Source: Octopus bimaculoides (lineage: Eukaryota). Taken from it: a DNA stretch of 64,000 bases. The stretch covers positions 30,363,461 to 30,427,460 of the forward strand of contig NC_068997.1 in NCBI RefSeq assembly GCF_001194135.2, given 5' to 3'. Below, piece after piece: positions 1 to 11,199 of the stretch (the stretch's first letter is position 1; each line of letters begins with the position of its first letter). The notes beneath the pieces were generated by a model. The model ran no database searches. It had not been told where the DNA came from and was given only the letters and a program-made list of their open reading frames with translations. Position numbers and translations under genes: made by a program.

Positions 1-109
1 TCCCACCCCNNNNNNNNNNNNNNNNNNNNNNNNNNNNNNNNNNNNNNNNNNNNNNNNNNNNNNNNNNNNNNNNNNNNNNNNNNNNNNNNNNNNNNNNNNN
101 NNNNNNNNN

Positions 110-139
<30 letters not shown>

Positions 140-140
<1 letters not shown>

Positions 141-290
141 GATGGGCTGCTTTCAGTTTTTGTCTACCAAATCCACTCTCAAGTCTTTGGTCGGCTCGAG
201 TCTATAGTAGAAGACAATTGACCAATGTGGCATGCAACAGGACCTGGAACCATATGGTTGGAAAGCAAGCACTCACCCATGCCTATGCCC
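140..290 (-). mobile_element. tRNA-derived SINE, 5' half (same family as 296-5400 and 15111-15500)
   Basis: Reverse complement aligns to the SINE copy at 15330-15500 (TTCCAACCATATGGTTCC...GTGGATTTGGTAGAC...CTGAAAG); followed by (AT)n/(CA)n. Confidence 0.85.
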
Positions 291-324
291 ACAGAATGGC
301 TGTGTGGTAAGTAGCTTGCTTACC

Positions 325-1963
325 TGGCTTCTGGTTACCCAGAGTGCATTTGGTTTGTCATTTGTGTTGGATGTTGGATGTTGGTTTTTGTTGCTGCTTT
401 CAGGATAGAGACAATGTACTCAGACTTTAGCGGGTCTGAGTTGTCTTCAGCAGAGGAGGAGCTAGTAAAGGCAGTGGAAAAAGTGGACAAAATATTGGAG
501 AAAACGGAGTTTTGCTGAGGCTGCAGAGGTGAAGAGAAGGCTAGTCGGCCTAGCTAGATTGAAGGAGTATGGCAAGATGAGAGAAGGTGGGTGGCGACGT
601 GAAGTTATCACCACCTAAAAGAATTATGGAGAACATGGGGGGGGGGGAAACATTACTTACAAGGTACACTCGTTGGAAAACAAGAAATTTGAACAGGTAG
701 AAGGAGAAAAAATAGAAAAGGCACTGAGAAAACAATCGAGCCAAATTACGTATAATACAAGAGGAAGTAAATACGGGATGGTAGTTATCCAGTTTAGGAC
801 AGTGGAAGAGGCAAAGAGGGTGGTGAGTATGGCGATGAGGACAGAAGAAGTACTGCTGCTGCCCACATATCTTGGAAGAAAGACTTCCANNNNNNNNNNN
901 NNNNNNNNNNNNNNNNNNNNNNNNNNNNNNNNNNNNNNNNNNNNNNNNNNNNNNNNNNNNNNNNNNNNNNNNNNNNNNNNNNNNNNNNNNNNNNNNNNNN
1001 NNNNNNNNNNNNNNNNNNNNNNNNNNNNNNNNNNNNNNNNNNNNNNNNNNNNNNNNNNNNNNNNNNNNNNNNNNNNNNNNNNNNNNNNNNNNNNNNNNNN
1101 NNNNNNNNNNNNNNNNNNNNNNNNNNNNNNNNNNNNNNNNNNNNNNNNNNNNNNNNNNNNNNNNNNNNNNNNNNNNNNNNNNNNNNNNNNNNNNNNNNNN
1201 NNNNNNNNNNNNNNNNNNNNNNNNNNNNNNNNNNNNNNNNNNNNNNNNNNNNNNNNNNNNNNNNNNNNNNNNNNNNNNNNNNNNNNNNNNNNNNNNNNNN
1301 NNNNNNNNNNNNNNNNNNNNNNNNNNNNNGGGCCACATTAAAGCAAACTGCCCCCTGCAGAGGCAAATAACAGAAGAAGCGGTTGTGGAGACGGAGGTGA
1401 AAAGAGAAGAACAGACGGACGGAAGGAGCAAGGAGGAAGAGTGGATAGTGACAGAGAGTAAAAGAAAGAAGAGGAAGAAAAGGAAGAACAGCAAGTATGA
1501 TGTGGTACCCCAGTCCAACTCCATCCCACCCAAGACCACTCAGACCCACCCTCCCCATACAGACACCAAACCCACCCACTCCATTTCCCCACAAGAAAAA
1601 AGAAAAAGAAAGAACAGACGCCACAAAATTTAGAAGACCCCCTCCCAGTGAAAAAGGTTACGAATGCATGGAGAGAACGATGTCATTAAGTGATGGAGAA
1701 AGGTTAGAACTGAAAGGAAAAAAGGACTTTGGACTCAGAGGCAGTGAGTGGTGTTACTCAGTGTGGGGTGAGTAGCACACTCTTCATTATATCATTTTCA
1801 GATGTCATTCATGTTATATTTTAATTTGTTCTTCATGTTCATTTTCATGTATCATTCATTATATCATATTTCATTATTTTTATAGTTTTACTTGTTATAT
1901 GTCCCCACATGTGTTGTAGTGTCCCCCTCTGTGTAATGCCTTTATGGCAATTTACAAGAAATA
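325..1963 (+). mobile_element. Tx1/L1-clade ORF1-only (HAL1-like) element E1
   Basis: Bounded by 16-bp repeats at 309-324 and 1964-1979. Disrupted ORF1 (414-1775) with VLLLPTYLGRKTS and knuckle end GHIKANC; 3' UTR ending GAAATAAA; no EN or RT in the sequenced part (gap 890-1329 lies inside ORF1). Confidence 0.8.
414..1775 (+). pseudogene. Disrupted ORF1 (gag-like, CCHC zinc knuckle) of E1
   Basis: MYSDFSGSELSSAEEEL..., ...KFEQVEGEKIEKAL...LLLPTYLGRKTS, GHIKANCP, basic KRKKRKK stretch; contains stops and frameshifts. Confidence 0.75.
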
Positions 1964-1979
1964 AAGTAGCTTGCTTACC

Positions 1980-2390
1980 TCTGTTTTGGAGAGAGCTTCA
2001 GGTTACTGTTGCTGCCATTTTGCTCTTACTTTCGAGCAAGTAAGACGTACCTTGCTATTGTGAATTAACCGTTTGTGTTCGTTGGAGTACTGTTTTTGTG
2101 GATTTACGTGTTTTTTAAAATTATTTTTATGCTTCCCTATCAGGAAGGTAAGGTGTAAAAACCTTTTAAACTTCAATTGGGCATTGAAACTTTTTTCAAG
2201 CCATTGTAAGCTTTTCTTGTGTCACACACCCCCAAGGGGGGAGCAAGATTTGTTGTTATTGCGAATTAACTATTTGTGTTCNNNNNNNNNNNNNNNNNNN
2301 NNNNNNNNNNNNNNNNNCTTGTTATATGTCCCCACATGTGTTGTAGTGTCCCCCTCTGTGTAATGCCTTTATGGCAATTTACAAGAAATA
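1980..2390 (+). mobile_element. E2: E3-like 5' UTR, a gap, then an E1-like 3' end (real unit or assembly chimera)
   Basis: 1980-2160 is identical to 2407-2587 and then diverges; 2318-2390 is identical to the E1 3' end; 16-bp repeat at 2391-2406. Confidence 0.5.
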
Positions 2391-2406
2391 AAGTAGCTTG
2401 CTTACC

Positions 2407-5027
2407 TCTGTTTTGGAGAGAGCTTCAGGTTACTGTTGCTGCCATTTTGCTCTTACTTTCGAGCAAGTAAGACGTACCTTGCTATTGTGAATTAACCGTT
2501 TGTGTTCGTTGGAGTACTGTTTTTGTGGATTTACGTGTTTTTTAAAATTATTTTTATGCTTCCCTATCAGGAAGGTAAGGTGTAAAACTTCTTTGTGCAA
2601 TTGAAACTCTTTTCAAGCCGTCATAGGCAATTTTTCTTGTGCCACGCCCCGTAAAGGGGGGTGGTGAGGCAAGATCTGAACTAATTTGGTGAACATTTTA
2701 CAAACCTGTTTTTTGCGCATCTATAATTTTGACCGAGCATGTCGGTCGAAATTTTAAAAGAAATAATTTCCAAAGAACGCACTCTCAATGAAAGTAGTGT
2801 TAATAGCAAAAAATTTTCTGACGTTGCCGCCATGGAAACGAAGACCATTGTGTTGAACAATGAAGATTTGGAAGAATATTTTTCCAGGATGAAGGAGGAA
2901 AACGGGGATATCAAGATAACGCCCATGTTCGATGTTGAAGAAATAGAGAAGAAAACTGTGGTCTTCAGATCCTTCTGTATGGAAGGAAGATGTTTTAAAT
3001 ATCTCAATGAAAATGTTATTGAGAAATGCCTCGCCCCTGTGTGGAATTATATTACTCATATCGCAAAGGGTGAGGCTTTTTCAACCACTGGAGTCTGTTT
3101 CAAGATGGAGAAGTTGGCGCACGAGTACTCGGTTAGCCCCTTGAAGACGAAGGAGGTAGCACTTCTGCCCTCTTACAGGGGAAGTCGTACTTCTCGTGTG
3201 AGGGTGATGGAGGTGCCGCTGGAATTAGAGAAAATACAATTCCTTCATATTCCATGCTCTGTCTCCCAATACTGGACAGGGCAGAGCATTTCAGCCATCA
3301 TCCAAGGGGCACCGGCAGACATGGAAAACCTTCTGGACTGGATACGCGTGGGTGAAAAAGTTACCCTCCGAATTGAAGTGGAGGGTAAAAAGGTTACTTG
3401 CTTCGAATGTGAAAAAAAAGGCCACATTCGAAGCGATTGTGAAGAAAAAAAGAAGAGGAGGAAAAGAAGAATAAAGAGAAAAAACTGTTACAGACACCAG
3501 TCCCCACAACTATTCAAAGCATCCCCAAACCCACACATAGACCAGTCCCCACAAAAACAAATGCTCCCACTCCTTCTGTTGTGATGCTACCCCCAAAGAA
3601 AGCAATGAAAAGACCCAACCCCAGCATACATAAGCCCCCACATTAATAAAACCCCCCGCCCACCTGATTTCTGAGGCACCTTGTGTTTCAAACATAACGT
3701 CCCCAGACGACACCATGGAGGTATCCGAAGGGGAATTCATGACAATTTGCAAGCGTTTACATGCACCTTCTCCACCCACATCCCCCACACACCACAGATA
3801 ACGAAAAAAAGACCCTGCTCCACCACACTGGAAAAAAAAACACAAAAGAACAATGAAGAAATAATTTTAACTGGATATGACTCTAAAGACGATTATTTGG
3901 AAGACAAATTCCAGAACACCATACAGTGAAACTTTTGCATCCAAATAACGACACACATATGAGACGTGCCTGGATGGGGGAAAAACCTATACAGGTAGAG
4001 AAAAATTGGAGTGAGGTAACCAGTAAGGTGACTGCTCTAACCCAGACTTGGTCTGGGCAAGCACCTCTAGCTTTACCTGGATGTGGTCACTGCATGTCCA
4101 ATTCTACCTTCCAAGGTTAGCGTCCTTAACAGACATAGGTACATGGATCAAGCAGAGACCTAGGCTGGGGGATTGACAATTGAAATGCTGACAGGTACTT
4201 CTGCTACTCTCTCAGGCAGGCAATGCTGGCAACAGAAGTTCCACCGCTGATTTTATAGTGGGTTAGTGGGATTCACGTCTGAAGACGCCTTGGGGGAGAC
4301 CCTGGGCTACGATGAAAATCAGTTAATCAACCTGTTCAGGAGAACGTTTGGGCCGGGGTATCTGGATAATTACCAGAAATCCCTGGCTTGACAGGGCTTC
4401 CATGTGGCGTTACCTGTTCATGATAAGCTGTCAAGGCACGGAAGTGCTATCTCGCCGTCATGTTTGAGGTGTGGGCAGGACAGAGAAACCATCTTGCATG
4501 CATTCGTGGGATGTCCAGAATTGTCGGGATTGATAGTTTTCACAGAACAACTGCTGTCATCGATGGAAAGAGTACAGCTATTAGCTGAGTCAAACATCAA
4601 GATTGTGCCGCATTCTTCCCTTAGCAGGGAAAGGAAGGCCTGTTTTTACTGCATAGTAGCTATTTTAATAGAAATGGTATGGAAGACACGTGTGAAAGAC
4701 ACTTCAGCAGCAAGATCAGGCTGGAGAAGCAGTACCTGTCATATGAGAAATTCGAGAAGAGATGGAAGCCTGTGGTAAGAAAACTGGGAGTGATTCGCAC
4801 CAAGTAAGTGGAGCCCTGGAAGAAAAGCATAGGCCCTACCCTGATGCCGGACGCCTTTCCTTCGGTGTCAGATTGCATTACGCAATGTATTTTATTTTAT
4901 TTTATTTTAAATTTTTCATATTTTTAATCGATTTATAATAACGCTTTAAGCTACTTCACCATTCTATGTTTGTCTGTCCTTGTTTGTCCTCTCTGTATTA
5001 TGCCTACATGGTTAATTTATTGAAATA
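2407..5027 (+). mobile_element. Tx1-like element E3: ORF1 plus the ORF2 C-terminus, EN and RT deleted
   Basis: ORF1 2739-3929 (frameshifted, CFECEKKGHIRSDC). ORF2 restarts at ~3985 with post-RT QVEKNWSEVTSKV and a CLRC..ET..HAF..C zinc-binding region to ~4810. 3' end GAAATAAA plus the 16-bp repeat at 5028-5043. Confidence 0.85.
2739..3584 (+). CDS. Tx1-like ORF1 nucleic-acid-binding protein with CX2CX4HX4C knuckle (C-terminus frameshifted)
   Basis: 281-aa ORF with VALLPSYRGSRTSRVRV and CFECEKKGHIRSDC; homologous to ORF1 at 414-1775, ~30850-32160 and 33337-34095. Confidence 0.8.
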   Translation: MSVEILKEIISKERTLNESSVNSKKFSDVAAMETKTIVLNNEDLEEYFSRMKEENGDIKITPMFDVEEIEKKTVVFRSFCMEGRCFKYLNENVIEKCLAPVWNYITHIAKGEAFSTTGVCFKMEKLAHEYSVSPLKTKEVALLPSYRGSRTSRVRVMEVPLELEKIQFLHIPCSVSQYWTGQSISAIIQGAPADMENLLDWIRVGEKVTLRIEVEGKKVTCFECEKKGHIRSDCEEKKKRRKRRIKRKNCYRHQSPQLFKASPNPHIDQSPQKQMLPLLLL

Positions 5028-5168
5028 AAGTAGCTTGCTTACCAACCACATGGTTCCGGGTTCATTCCCACTGCGTGGCACTATGGGCAAATGTTTTCTA
5101 CTATAGCCTCAGGCCAACCAAAGCCTTGTGAGTGGATTTGGTAGACGGAAACTGAAAGAAGCCTGTTG

Positions 5169-5232
<64 letters not shown>

Positions 5233-6599
5233 TTCCCCCAACATTGCTTGACAACCAATAGTGGTGTTTATGTCCCCTGTAACTTAGCGGTTTGGCAAAA
5301 AAGACCGATAGAATAAGTCCTGGGGTCGATTTGCTCGACTAAAAGCGGTGCTCCAGCATGGTCACAGTCAAATGATTGAAACAAGTAAACGAGTAAAAGA
5401 GAGTATTCTTAGTGGTCAAGTAAAGTAGTAAAACCTCTTTGATGAAGTGTAAGCAAATGTTGAAGCTGGTTAGGTCAAATAACTTTTCTGGTAACAAAGG
5501 TAAAAGCATGAAGCTTAAACATATGAACTCTGTTTCACATTATAGCTTAAAGTATGTGTCAACTAAGAACACATACTTGTAAGTTTACCTTATACCTCTT
5601 TATATATTATGTAAATATACTTACGACCATTTATGATGGGACCAGATTTTAAAAGGATTAATACTTACCAAGTCTTTAACTAAAATCTGCAAAAATCAAA
5701 AGAAGTAATTACTGTTAGTTAATACATTAAATCCATGCAATCATTTTCAGAGAGTAAGAAGCAGAAGGTGCCAAAATGTAGGCTAATCCTTTAATCGAGG
5801 GAGTATCCTGTCTGATATGTACTTGGATAATATGGAGAGGTAGGCCTAAAACAAGTATTGGTGCTGAAGTTTCATCCAGCAATGGATCAAAAATTGCTGA
5901 GTAAGATATAAAACTAAATTATGAAAGCCTTTTGATAAGGCTACCTGATTGCAAAACATTCTGAGAAGTGTTACATATGGTTGTTTTACAAACGGACTTC
6001 TCAAACAACTTTCTGAAAATATATAATTAGGTTAACATGTATTGCATTATGACTATCAGACCACTTTAAAATCTATAAATTTTTGTTCATGTTAAAATTA
6101 ATTTTATTTACATAAAGATTGAATCACAATTTGTACAAGATATACATAGATTAGCAGGCGCACATTACTCCTAATAAACTTCCTCTACCATCATTCATTC
6201 CTACCATTTATCCACGTCTACCACTATCCATTACTTTCTCACACTTTCTAGCAAACTCTATTTCTGCCATCACACATTGCTCTCTCTTTCTCTCTCACTC
6301 ATCTTGGTTCTTCTTCTACCATTGCTGTCACTTCCATTCATCTTTTCAGCCATGTAGTGTTCAGTAAATGAATATTTTCTAGAGTGGTTGATGAATGGAC
6401 AGAGATATGGAGTTGAGAGGACTCTCTACCCTTCTTGAGGTCATAACTATCTCTGGAGTTGTGGTGCAAGGATAAAATGCTTCCTGTACTCACTGAAAAG
6501 TAGTTGCTGTTAGGAAGGGCATTTAACTGTGGAAACCAAACCCAAAATGGGACATATAAGTGATATGTGGTCCTTCACCTCTCTCAATAAGTAGTATCT

Positions 6600-7345
6600 T
6601 GAAATACTGCCACCACCACCACCACAGTGGACAGCCTCAGTGATGTCAACAACAGCAACACCAACATTGACCACAGTGACATCACCTTCAACACCAGCCT
6701 TACCAACAGCTTCTTCGATATACACTATGGCAGACCTGGTAACATACTCACTGGCAGGCTTAGCAACCCTGATTATGGCAGCAGTAACAGACCCAGTGCC
6801 AATGCCAACTATATTGATAAAAACACCAGCAGCAGCAGTCCTAGCTGAAGCATCAACAAAGGCATGACTAATGGCACCTCTGACAACAGTAATCCCCCCC
6901 ACCACCACCATCGGTGAACGCAATAATAATAATAATAATAATAATCATAATAATAATAATATTAATAATAATAATAGTAACAACCGTGGCTTACAGTATT
7001 AGCAACTACAGCGCCTCCAAAACCAGCAATGGAAACAGCATTACCAATGCTACCCCCCCCCCCACCAACATCAAGAGGCCGAGCTCCAGCAGCAACAAGA
7101 GCAACAACAACAACATCACCGACAGCGTCAGTAGCATTAGTATCTATATCAAAAGGTGCATCACCAGCAACACGTGCCGGGGCATTAACACTACCGATGC
7201 AACCACTACCTCCAGCGGCATCAGCCCCAGCACCACTAACAGCCCCAACTCCAGTAGTAACAACAACAATGTTGGCAACAGAAACGACATTAGCAGCTAC
7301 AATTACAACAACAGCAGCAGCAGTAGCAACAGTAACAGTAATTGG
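6600..7345 (+). repeat. Degenerate trinucleotide low-complexity tract (ACC/AAC/AGC/AAT)n
   Basis: Visible periodicity including (AAT)n at ~6921-6978; generates spurious ORFs in several frames. Confidence 0.85.
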
Positions 7346-7985
7346 TACAATACCGGCATCGTGCATTCAAAGAAATACATTGGTTGTATGGGAAATACAT
7401 TTAAGAAACGATTTTCCAATCAAGGATCTTTCTTCAGGGTCTCAGAAAGGAGATACATAACATTGCTGGCCAGCCATGTATGGCAACTAAAAGACAATGG
7501 AGTTCTAGAATTGATCTCATGGAAAATCCTCAGAAACCCGGGCCCCTACATCAACAGGACAAAATGCTGCAATCTATGCATAGCTGAATGCACAAGAATT
7601 CTAAAAGATTCACTCATGCCAGGGACCATACTTAACTCCAGAATGGAGATTTTCGGGTCAAGCTTGCATTTTAGGAAATTTCTGCTAGCTTTTTAGAAAC
7701 CACAAAGTAGTGAAAATAGTGGCACAGCTGGAAGTAGATAGCCAAAGGGAGAGGGAGATAATCTCCTATTGTTTACCCCCATAGCTGAATGATGGTGACA
7801 CAGCCGGAGGTCAAAGGCCAACAGGTCTTGGGGATCTGATGATACGCCATAAAGTTAAGCCCTTTATGGATGGGAAACCCAGGGTAACCCCATAAACTGG
7901 CCTTCACCAGTAATAAATATAGACTGCCCAACTTCTTGGAGTGTGCTTCTCTGGACTTATGTTTTTCTAAAAAATATACATTTAT
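7345..7985 (+). mobile_element. Penelope-like element 3' end: GIY-YIG endonuclease C-terminal part plus terminal region
   Basis: KYIGCMGNTFKKRFSNQ...LASHVWQLKDNG...SWKIL...CNLCIAE...LNSRME ending at 7696; hammerhead motif downstream. Confidence 0.85.
7829..7892 (+). ncRNA. Type I minimal hammerhead ribozyme (Penelope-associated)
   Basis: Stem I TGGGAT/ACCCCA; core CTGATGA 7835-7841; stem II CCATAAAG/CTTTATGG; GAAA 7874-7877; near-palindromic stem III ACCC-A-GGGT; GTA cleavage triplet 7884-7886. Confidence 0.75.
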
Positions 7986-7986
7986 A

Positions 7987-9191
7987 TCTGTATATACGAA
8001 AGGCAGGATGTGTGTGTGTGTACGTGAGTGTAATTTATGCACATCCACAAATTAGCATGCATGTCGCTCCAATTTTAGGAGAACATTCGTCATGACCCTA
8101 TCTGCATTTTCGTCAACTTTTTCTCTCAGAGGCACCCGCGTATAGCTGTAAAAATCGATTTTCAACCATAACTATTACCAATTTTGAAGTTTGCTAACAT
8201 GGCAAAGTCAAAGTGTGCGTAAGCACGTGAAGGAGAGAGAGAGAGAGAGAGAAATTGTGTGTGTGTGAGAGGGGAGTGAGGAAGAGCTACAGATTGTTTG
8301 CCAGCGTCTAACAAAAAAAAGTGAAGAAAAAGTGGGAGAGGGAGACAGAAAACGTCTAACGAAAGAAAAGGTAGGTAAGGAAGACAGTAAGTGTAAAATG
8401 TAAAATGCTTTTTTTTTCTTAAACATGAGATATAGTTTCAAATAGAGGATGTTTTTGAAAGACACTATATTTTATAATGAGATTATATATACTTTCTTAC
8501 ACAACAATTAAAATATAATTATTTCAAATCATTTATTTATTTTAAATCATTCATCTTTTTCCCCCTCTCACTCTCACACACATGCACATATACTACTTTG
8601 GGAGCGAAAGAGTTTTGTTTATATTTCACGCCAAAGAAAAAGGTTTATTGACAATCCATTTATTTAACAACAATGAAACAAAGAGGTATGTAACAATTTG
8701 TCAGTGAATTGCACAATATAAATGGATAAAATTTCCGAGGCTTCCACCACACCCCAACCCGTTTTTGGACCACAAAAAGGGTTTGGTAATTTTTCAGATT
8801 AACACTAGCATGATTTCCACTAGGGTGTTAGGGTTAGGGTTAGAGTTAACCTAGAAGGGACAGGCCCTTTATTTTTTGGTTAAGGCTGTTGGTAAATTTT
8901 CCTAAGTTACTCCAATCCAGATCCCCAATGCAAACCTTCAGATCAACCTTCTCCTATGCAGATCTCTAATGCAACTTAAAAAAAAAACAGTCAATGAGTG
9001 GAAATAACCAATAAACTGATTCCTTATGGAATTTCCCAATCAAATTGCCAGCAAACCATTTTCAGCCAAACCAATTTCAATGGATTTCGCTCAAATCTGA
9101 TGTTGATGTTACTTATTTTGGTTTGAAATAAAGCACTTGATCACTTAATAATCCTAGCTTGATACCGGGCAGCGCCGGTCAATACTACTAG
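7987..9191 (+). mobile_element. Non-autonomous Helitron
   Basis: A|TC 5' end (TCTGTATATACGAAAGGCAGG), subterminal hairpin ACCGGGCAGCGCCGGT 9164-9179, CTAG|T 3' end. Confidence 0.75.
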
Positions 9192-9204
9192 TGTATATAT
9201 ATAT

Positions 9205-10200
9205 GGGATCAGGTTCAAACTCTGAAGTCATATCTTGATTTCAGCAACATGTTCAACCACAATATCCTACTGCCAAAATTGTCAAATATTGGAATCCATG
9301 GAAAGCTACTACACTGGATTGAATATTTCCAGGATAACAGAACAGAGCATAGTGTGATCAGTAGAATCCACTCATGCCCAGCAAAAGTCACTAGTGGTGT
9401 CCCTCAGGGAACTGTCTTGGCCTTTACTTTATAGTCTGTATTGACAACATTTCAAGCATCAGCAAACACAGCAAAGTGAAAATATTTACCGAAGACTCCA
9501 AGCTCCCAAAAATTGTCAATGGAGAAGAAGACCGAATTGAACTCCACTCTGATCTACATGCTGTAAGTCAATGAGCAGACAAAAACAGAGTGCTACTAAA
9601 CGAAGGGATCTCAGGTGGAGTGCTCACACAAACAATAAAGTTGATATAGCTTGTAAAATGAGCTCCTGGATCCTAAGATTTCTCTTTTCTCCTTTGTACA
9701 GCCACACTTAGTATACTGCTGCCCCCTTTGATTTCATCACACAAAACAAAACATTTTGAGAATTGGATCACTCCAGAGAGTATTCATTAAAAGAATTAAG
9801 GGCACAAGGGATCTCAATTATTGGGACTGCCTTAAAGCATTGAATCTTTTTTTGCTCCAGTGGTGCTGTGAGCAACACTTTATTTGCACAATGTAGATAC
9901 TACACCACTAAAAAATGACCTTAACATTAATATCAGAATTCATCCAAGGTTAGGACCACATGCCATATGCCCTTACTTAAATCAGGATTACAACACAAAT
10001 ACTCTGCATCACAATTTCTTTCCCTCAACAGGTCCTGCCCTGTTTAACATTGTCCCAAAACAAATCAAAGAGGGAAAAGATACCATCATGTTTAAATGGA
10101 ATCTAGACAAATTTCTTCAAGCAATACCAGATAAGCCACCTACACATGGATACAACTCACTCAACTAGAACTCCTTACTGGAATGGGTCTTGATACCACA
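9205..10200 (+). mobile_element. Degenerate CR1-clade LINE 3' fragment (RT domains and C-terminus)
   Basis: HNILLPKLSNIGIHGKLLHWI...VTSGVPQGTVL; FVQPHLVYCCP; GPALFNIVPKQIK...FKWNLDKFLQAIPDKP. Confidence 0.85.
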
Positions 10201-10429
10201 AAACTTAAATTAAAAATATCCTGTCATGTGGTGCTTTTAAGTTAGACATGGCCTGAGCCGATATTTGGTCAAAACATATATAAATTATGTGAGTTATGCA
10301 TGTATATACATATACATATATCCATACACACACCCATACAGATACACACACACATACACAGATACACATACACATACATATACAAAGACACACGCACACA
10401 TATGGGTGTGTGTCTGTGCATAGTTGTAT

Positions 10430-10737
10430 GTAGGTCGTTGTTGTTTGTTCCTTCTTGAGCTATGCCTGGCTCCTAAGGGCCAGTTTCCCAGTTCATAGGT
10501 GTATAGGTTCCCCACCTGGATGGGACGCTGGTCCATTACAGGTGAGCTGCTAGATGCAGGAGGAAAGAGTGAGAAAAAGTTGTGATGACAGAATCAGCGG
10601 ATGTTTGCCATTATCTTTTGCCGGAGTCATGTGGAGCTTAGGTGTTTCACTCATAAACACACACACCGTCTGGTCTGAGACTCAAACTTATGATCCCTCG
10701 ACTGCGAGTTCACTGCTCTAACCATTAGGCTATGTAA
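10430..10737 (-). mobile_element. tRNA-derived SINE (second family)
   Basis: Minus-strand head ACATAGCCTAATGGTTAGAGCAGTGAACTCGCAGTCGAG resembles tRNA A box and anticodon arm. Confidence 0.65.
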
Positions 10738-11199
10738 TGGCAACTTCAGCCAATAAGAGCTGGCCGTGTATTAGTACAAACAATATCACCCACCCAGTGG
10801 TATTCGTGCCTTTTTCAAGAGTCAGCTGCCAGTCAATGAAAGGACACAAGACAACTGACATCCCTTCTTCATTATGAGGAGTTCTTTGTTTCTCACACCA
10901 ATTTAGCACTGCAAGTTACTGGATTATTTTAAGCCCACCACATCATAGACATTCTATTGTGTTTATGTAAAATTCGCAGTGCAAACACCTTTACTGTCTG
11001 TCCATTTCAACACAACGCTACCTATATCACAAGGAATTCCTTCTTGTCCCACCTAGCTCATAATTACTTTTAACTGCTCACTCATCACAGTTCACTACTA
11101 AATCATTCGTTCAAACATAAGTTATACAGCTTCCTTTACTCACACATACACTTACAAGCCACATAACTTGTTTCTTATCAGCAATTATTCCTCATCAAA

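Larger units (their letters stand above)
296..5400 (+). mobile_element. Full-length tRNA-derived SINE split by a train of Tx1-like retroelements
   Basis: Head ATGGCTGTGTGGTAAGTAGCTTGCTTACC (296-324) resumes at 5044 with AACCACATGGTTCCGGGTTCATTCCC (B box), then an internal (TA)n(TG)n and tail to ~5400. The uninterrupted copy at 15111-15500 gives the contiguous sequence. Confidence 0.92.

Noticed and set aside
140-324. Head-to-head arrangement of two SINE copies
   Set aside because: Expected by chance at this SINE density; nothing links it to the targeting event.
550-1633. Long ORFs spanning N runs (also 15417-16243, 40854-41981, 42621-43433, 44293-45888)
   Set aside because: Their length is an artefact of translating assembly gaps as X.
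6914-7696. 260-aa ORF resembling a signal peptide plus Ser/Asn-rich linker plus GIY-YIG nuclease
   Set aside because: The poly-Ile and Ser/Asn parts are translated (AAT)n and (AAC/AGC)n microsatellite and the start is not ATG; this is a chance in-frame junction with a truncated Penelope fragment.
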